NCBI GenBank assembly: GCA_030141605.1
Contig: JAQGDQ010000022.1
Location: forward strand, 868,001 to 932,000
From: Tubiluchus corallicola
Lineage: Eukaryota; Animalia; Priapulida
Direction: 5' to 3'
DNA length: 64,000 bases
The translations under genes were made by a program, and so were the position numbers. This document shows positions 56,701-64,000 of the stretch, piece by piece. Numbering within the stretch: the first letter of the stretch is position 1; the number at the start of each line of letters is the position of its first letter. The notes beneath the pieces were generated by a model. The model did not search any database, had not been told where the DNA came from, and saw only the letters and a program-made list of their open reading frames with translations.

Positions 56701-59700
56701 AATGATTGCATTATACTCATGTAAACACTAAGCTCACTATAAACACTTAACAAGTGAGAAGTGCAATAAACTAACTGCAGTCATCTTTGTGATCCTCATA
56801 GTGCAATACACTCACAACAGACAACTAAACTAATCTCATCTAATCTGATCAGATCTAATTTAAACAGCCATAAAGAAGTGTTAAACAAAACTTACCTATG
56901 AACATATCCTAATGAATGTATATATTCAAGAGCACAAAGAACATCTCGAAGTATAAATGCAATAGCCATCTCATTTAAGCCTTCAGTGAAGTGAGCATGC
57001 AATAAGTCCCGTGCAGAACCTAGAACATTGTGTGCATAAGTACACGTTTTTCAGAAATGATACAATAGATGAAAAAAACAAGAGATCAAGATCACAATCA
57101 AATTATCTAGTGTAATGAAATGCCATACAATATTGCCAACTAGTAAAATCTAAATCTGTATCTATTACGTAACATACAAATGAATTACATTTACTTACTG
57201 AAAAGGCAGTACTGCACTAGCATCAAAAATGCTCCTGCATAATGCAACTATCACCACAACTATAATGTAACTGTGTTAAATATGAAGCCTAGAACTTTAT
57301 TTTGTCTGACTTTATGCACAGTTGCACACTTCATCAAAATTACTGATTATACATTCTTTAGTTGAATAAAATAAAGACAATACAATGAAATAATGCAAGT
57401 AAATGTTCAAGACATGGTATGTAGGAAAGCCTTAAATAAAGTTTACCGCATCTCGTACAGGAAAAGAAAGGCATAAAACGCATATAATGTGTTATATGAA
57501 AACCATAGAAGCAGATCATGTTACAAACAATATTAATTGTAAAAAAATCAAGTAAAATAGTGAAAAAGCAGATTTAAATTAAAATTTGTTAAAAGAGTTA
57601 AAAAGTGAGATTTGCGGTCAGAAAATAATGCTAAGCGAAGTTGTTTTAAACAACTTATATATATGCTAATGACATAAGTCTGTATCTTAAATAAATGCAC
57701 TGAATCTAAATAAATGTTCTGCATCCCTTTGACTATATTTTTGCCTATAATTGTAACTAATTGTAATTGTAATTAATCCAATTACACCAATGGAAAACAT
57801 TACATGTACAACAATTAGATGAGCAGCCCTGACATACTCATATCTAGATACATCTGTAGACCAATCCATAACCAATCACCATGAATATCTTTAAATCCTG
57901 AACCCTATTTGGACAATCTACTTCTGAACTTGTTATTGCTTGCATTTCAATAATTCAAGGATCATTGTGGAAAAAATAAGACATAAAATCTTAATTTTCA
58001 TCTTTTAGATTTGTTATTGTTCTGAAAATAACTGCAATTAAAACCCAACCTAACCTAACAAAACGTTTTTAAAAAAGCATAGCCAGATAGGGGAATAGGC
58101 AATTCGTTATTGAAATTTAAAATGCATTATACTTGTGTAGATTTACATTAACTAAATTTAAAAAATGTGTCTTATTATGAGAAACATGTTGTTTTGCAGA
58201 ACATGGCTAATGTTACAAAAAACCTCCACAGCAAAGTCAAATTACCTTTTCTTATTAATATTGTACCACTTAGCAATTTAAACAACAAAAAACCCTTACT
58301 TATCGAAAGCATAATGGTTATCATATCCAAAAATTGTTTCAGAAATTATCATTAGTTGCATTTTAACTATTTATTTATATCAAAATAATTAATAGTTTGC
58401 ATAAAAGAAGTCAATTATTTATCAGTCCCAAACGTTTCCTGTTTTTTTCACATGATCAAAACATTTAAACAAATGATCAAAAATGGCTAGTGAAATAAGC
58501 CAATGAGATTCAGAAAAACTTCGGTTCCAACACCTTTAATGATTGATTACACATCTACCATCCTGTCAATGTCATCAGAGAACGTAATATGCGGAACGAG
58601 ACGGTACAATACACACAAAGAGCATCCTGGGTATATATAAATATAATATATATAAATGACCAGATACGTAGCAAATACCAAAATGATAGTGTCAACAAGT
58701 AACTCGAGTCAAAGTATCGTAGGCTGCAGTTACTTCACGTAAAAATTTTAAGTTTTATACTCTGTAGTCAGTAAGAACCTTGTTTATGTTTTTGCCATTA
58801 TATGAAATGTGTTGACTTTGACTGACTTGCAATTAAGTGAAGTGAGACCTAAAACAGCTAAAGTATAATCAATAAAATTGCATAACATTAACAAGAAGTT
58901 TCTTTTTTGTTAATACTTTATGATTTTTTTTCTATGGTGTGTGAAACTTTGCGGCTTCACAAATTTCATATATACTATGACTTACTTTGCAAGCAAAAAA
59001 ATGGTGAAAAATTTGTACTTCAAGCAGAATTTACATAATTAAACAACTCTGTTAACAAAAGAAAAATTTACATAATTTACAAGTTTAATGTGGTATTTCT
59101 TTACCTTAAAACTAAGTTTATAATGGTCTATCCATTTCTTATTTACTCTTACCTGTTCCATTTATTTTTACGATGAATGAATAGTAAACACCAATGCATA
59201 GCAAACTGTCAAATATAAATTATTTACTAAGTAAAATAATTTCCAATATTAATGTATTTTATAAATAGTGCACACCCATTAATAAATTAGCATAGATCCA
59301 ACTGGTAAATGTTTGTAAATTATTTTTGGCTATATTTAGGCGTTAATAATAGGTATAAGCATTTTAATTTACTGGCTAAAGACAAGTTGGAATTTTGTTT
59401 TATTAAAATGTAGCGAACCAAGTCAAATTTTTTGTCTGCATTACGTAAACTGATATATTACTTATATGTAAAGAGCCAAATGTATATATCAAATTTATTG
59501 TACTTTTTAATTTCAACATTTCATTAAGCACGTAAATTAAAATTTATTTTTTATTTTAACCCATCGGGCTAATGTTTATATGTTATTCTTGCCCATTATA
59601 AGCTAACTAGACATAATCAGTTCTGCCTTATGTATTGGCTGAAGACAAGTTCGAAATTTTGATTTATTAAAATAAAATATAGCAAATAAACTGAGATCGG

Positions 59701-62474
59701 CCTATGTCACATCGACTTGTATCTTCCTTATATGCAAGTGACAAAATAAGTGAAATGAATTGTATTTTTAATTTGAATATTTCATTCAGAACATTAATTA
59801 AAAATTTATATCTAGTTTTTACTATGCAGCAATTTTATACCTAGTAAGCACATTTTCACACCTACTGTAGAATGTGATTCTAAACTTCGTGAAAACATAA
59901 GTCGCGTCAGTTACCCCATAAAAGGTAAGCTGCATTTATTTACCATGTTTATCTGTATTAATGTTTTCTGAATCTGCTAAGAGATAGCCTTTACACTATT
60001 TACATTATCAATATTTTTAGCACTTCATAAGGTCATTTTCTGCCTCTATCTGGGATAGGATACCCCCCCCCCAATTTAGGCCCGTACTAAGTGGCTGACC
60101 TGCTCCCCCTACGTTCCAGCCTGAATGAGTGCAAATAATTTTATTTAGAATAATTGCAAGTACTCATATGCGTAGGTGGTCTCTTCATTTTATAAGCATT
60201 TCATGACCAGTTGCTAATATTTACATTTTCATTTTTGTAAATATTTGTAAATCTAGTGGGATGAAAAAAATAATACAATTAAAAATAAGCCTATGGACCC
60301 AACATCTCTGATAACTGTTTGGTCAGAATTGCTGTATATATTACAGTACAAAGTGCAAATTTAAATAAACAAAACACAAATATATTTTAATGATGTTCTA
60401 GTGTGTACATTTTATTAAACTGTAAATGTTTATAAACATGATAGGATGGATAAATAATTGAATGAGTAATTGTTTGGCCATAGCCAGTGCATATATACTT
60501 ACTTATCACAGTTTATACACACAGTACAATTTCAAATAAACATAAATGATAATATTTCTATTATGCGAACCAACATTTTATTATGCGTACATAAATATAG
60601 GCCTTATAGCTAAGCTGTCAGACATGAAATGCCAGTGTGAATCACATAGGCACTTACTGTTCAAATTCTTTTTTGTCATATATTTTCTAGGAAAATTTTT
60701 TATTGGGATCTTAGCACGAAATTTAAGCTCAACACGCTTAGATTAGGTGCAAGTGATTTGGTCTACTAGTCCTAAAGAATGGTACTCTTAGATGTGAATG
60801 TCAGCAAATAGTTTGACAATCTTTCCCTTACAATTGCTTCACCAATATTTATTAGAGCTCATGTGCATACAAGAAAAAATATTTGTGATAATTTTTATTG
60901 GAGGTTGAATGGCTAAAAGTAACGATTTTTAAATCGTCATACACTCTAGCATACACTCACCATGCTATATATGTGGCTGCCGCATGGCGCGACGTGTAGC
61001 ATGGGACATGTTTTCGTGCTTACTGTCCCTTCTCATTTAAGCGTAGCAATTATTACATTCTCTGATATCAAAAATAAAGTGATGTTTCCCTACCGGTATA
61101 CACTCATGTTAATTAAATGAAGCCAAAGGTAGGAAGAATGTCCTGAATTAATGAGAAACGAGAAGCCAACTGACTAAAGGCACACAAATTGCATTTATAC
61201 ATACCATACGACATAACTGGAGCCACGGCCCAAATATAATTCTTATCCACAGCAGAGCAGTAGTATGGTAGCAAATTGTTATGTTTTAACAATCTGCACA
61301 CTGCAATCTCATTCTGCAAAACATATTCATCTCTATGATGCGGACATGACATAAAATAAATTAACTTTATTGCACCATAATGTATCAAGAACAAAAAAAT
61401 CATCAAATGACTTGTTGCCAAAAATTAATTAAAATGTTACATTCAGCATTTATTTCATTAATTACGTTCAGTGTGACTTGACTTAATAATAATTTATATT
61501 ATAAAGCAAGAATTCTATTATACTGTAGTACCATGATTCATATAGTGACTTCTGCCATTACCATTTCTGTGGTCCAGATAACCTATTTTCAGTGTGTAAT
61601 TTTAAAATGCTGCAAAAATTCTAAATTTCTCAAAAGTCAATAATACAAAACTTAAATGTTTTAACATTTGACTATACACACTGTAAACAGATTTTTAAGA
61701 TTCAGTTGAAAACACTATATATATTACAGATCCATAGCACATATACTCTGATAGATTAGTTCCACAAAATGACATTCAGTTATTTACAGAGGAAAAACTA
61801 AAAGGTTCGCTGGTTTTACTAGCTGCTCTGCAACAAATTTTAATCATGAAACATGCAGTAACAGTTCAAAGGTTATACAAGATTTTATTAGATCGAAAAA
61901 CCAGTTGTCTAGTATCCTACAGAAGTGAATGTGAGCCCACCTGAACCAGTGAAATATCCTCGCATGCATCCAAGTTGGTTTTTCTCACTGTGATCAAGCT
62001 GCCAGTTGGTAGGTGCTTAGCTAGATACACTGTTGTTGCATCATCATATCCTTTACCTAGAACCAAATACAGGCAAGTGTCTTACAATCTCGGCATGAAA
62101 GTTCCAACCAAGAACTTTGGGTACATAACATTCAAAATGTTTTGTCATAATCAAAAGTGAATTCTAGCTGATATAATTTAAATACTAAATACTAATTTCC
62201 AACTTCATACAAAATTCACTAATCTTACAACTTAATCGATTTGCAAAGCTTTAACCCTTTTTAAAAATTCTAGCTACCACTACGCCATCCCTAATTGTAA
62301 GTAAAACTAATGATTCTTTGAAGGATGTGTCATTACTAGTTACCTACCAATGACGGCTTTCGTATCATAGTCCCCATAATTAGGCTTATACTCCACCATG
62401 GTCGAATCGGTCCTCATTAGTAATGGTTGTTCTTCTGTAAGCGTACTTTCGTTACGTCCCTCACATTCTCCAGT
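50658..62474 (-). CDS. STRADA: STE20-related kinase adapter protein (STRAD pseudokinase); 10 exons found, N-terminus possibly incomplete
   Basis: Exons 62474-62348, 62056-61941, 61313-61205, 57019-56896, 56116-55942, 55444-55340, 54145-54013, 53388-53283, 51292-51171, 50740-50658 (1200 nt, open frame). Motifs [16 protein letters not shown] (HRS), LSGLR (GLR replaces DFG), [59 protein letters not shown]-terminal WVFD. Confidence 0.96.
53749..53799. repeat. (CT)n microsatellite
   Basis: ct run; source of the SLSLSL ORF. Confidence 0.93.
54491..54879. mobile_element. Possible degenerate hAT-type MITE in a STRAD intron
   Basis: Starts tagggctgggaat, has scattered cgaat/tcgaat subterminal motifs, ends ...gcttacctcta; TSD not convincing. 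Confidence 0.35.
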
Positions 62475-63313
62475 CTACACATAGTCAATTTGAAAAGAAA
62501 AAGTTCTCACTCTGAGATTTATAGAACAAGCTATTGATCAAGTACAAGGGAGACACACCATAATCTACAATAATTCTACTTGGTAAAACAGACAGACAAT
62601 AAAGCAAAACAATTAACTTTGCAAAATCTACATTAACAAGAACCACAACTCGATGTCTGAAACTTATGCAGAGTGAAAAAGTGGTAATATTTTCTGCAAG
62701 GGTATTCATCACTACTTCTATTCTTATTTTAAATTTAAAATTAAGCATTTTAATTAATATAGCTTGGTGACTTGCAAGTTGAAATTCAGAACCTTATTAC
62801 GAGGCCTTTTTCAATTACGGAGGGAGAACAATTCTACTTTCAAAAAAAATCTCTTAAGAAAAGACACTGAAACAGAGTAGGCAGTAAACATCCTACTTTA
62901 ACTAAGAAAATAGCAGGGAGCTGTCCCACAAGGCCAGGTATTGTGTAGCTTAGGTCACTCAATACAGAATGACCACCACTTAATTGTTGCACTGGCCAAA
63001 ATGTAATCAGTAATATTCCATTACAATTCACTCTATTCAACAGCTCAATTGTACCAGCCTGTTTCTTGCGAATAGGGTACTATACAATTGATGAATCCAA
63101 GTAGACATAAACATCAAAATAAAATTTACATAACTGTATTTATAACATGTGCTATAGCAAAAGCTAACCATGTATTAAAGCACTTTTAAGCAACTGTCTA
63201 ATCAAAATGCCATAAAAATGGAACATGTTGTCAGTATGCTACTCACCAACAAGTATACTATAGCTAACAAAAATAAATCCTCAATTACGGCACGAATTAC
63301 ATAAATATTATAT

Positions 63314-63416
63314 ATACATACACACACGAGCACGCACGCACGCACGTACGCACGCACGCACGCACACACAAACACACACATATATACATACACACACATA
63401 TATATATATATATATA
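63314..63416. repeat. Compound (CA)/(CACG)/(TA) microsatellite
   Basis: acac, gcac and tata runs. Confidence 0.9.
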
Positions 63417-64000
63417 CAATTTTGTATACAAGGGAAAGGCCAAGTCTTCTGGGAAATAAGCTTATTTGAATGTTTGCGAAAAATGTTAAAAGGATTTAGT
63501 AATAAAACTGCAATAAGCGCCTCGTGTAATTAGTAAAATCACTTTAAAGTCCCGATCATTTCATGCTGGGATGCCCCATTTGGAACATCCATTCTTCTTC
63601 CAAAGACGTCATTCGTCCTGAAGAAAAGTAGCGTACCGTCAATCATCCTCAAAAGTTTTTACAAAAAAATTAGATAGCTAATTTTGTAATACTTTTACGT
63701 TCACCGTAGGTAAGATGTAGAAATTTGAATTAGTTTAAAAGTCACCCAGTTGTGTCATATTTCCAAGTGAATGGCGGCAACCACCGCAGCTTAAAATTTC
63801 TACTCAGAGGAGAGGCAGTATACTTTAAATTTATGCTTTATAGACAGATTTTTCTCATATTTTTCTAAGTTTAAGTGACAACAGTAAAACAAACCTAACA
63901 CTCTGAGTGACTTGCTCTTTCCTTTAATGTTAACGTTATGTTATAGACCAAAAGAATTATCAATAATAACTTTTTGTCAGTTTTCATGTCGATACTACCT

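Noticed and set aside
63545-63620. Candidate upstream STRAD exon
   Set aside because: Acceptor present, but no convincing in-phase donor or STRAD similarity

Overview
AT-rich, intron-containing genomic DNA from a non-vertebrate animal, probably a lophotrochozoan (inferred from a vertebrate-type DNase I, KICS2, miR-281 and a protostome-like NDUFA4 N-terminus). I reconstructed seven protein-coding genes by hand from GT-AG splice sites: RPL23 (+, 5 exons), an intronless TTC32-like TPR gene and an intronless KICS2/C12orf66 gene only 39 nt apart and in the same frame (+), a secreted DNase I family gene with a probable ~110-aa C-terminal extension (+, 9 exons), NDUFA4/COXFA4 (+, 4 exons), a secreted Gly/Tyr-rich structural protein (-), and the STRAD pseudokinase (-, at least 10 exons, 5' end unresolved). 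Non-coding RNAs are two H/ACA snoRNAs (SNORA62/E2-like and SNORA6-like) in RPL23 introns and a miR-281 hairpin (-). Mobile DNA includes a hAT deletion derivative with a perfect 8-bp TSD, a 5'-truncated RTE-like LINE, decayed LINE fragments, MITE-like elements and many microsatellites. The first ~15 kb contains no confidently identifiable gene. The most notable candidate for new biology is the TTC32-KICS2 bicistronic or readthrough unit. All family assignments come from recalled motifs, not database searches.
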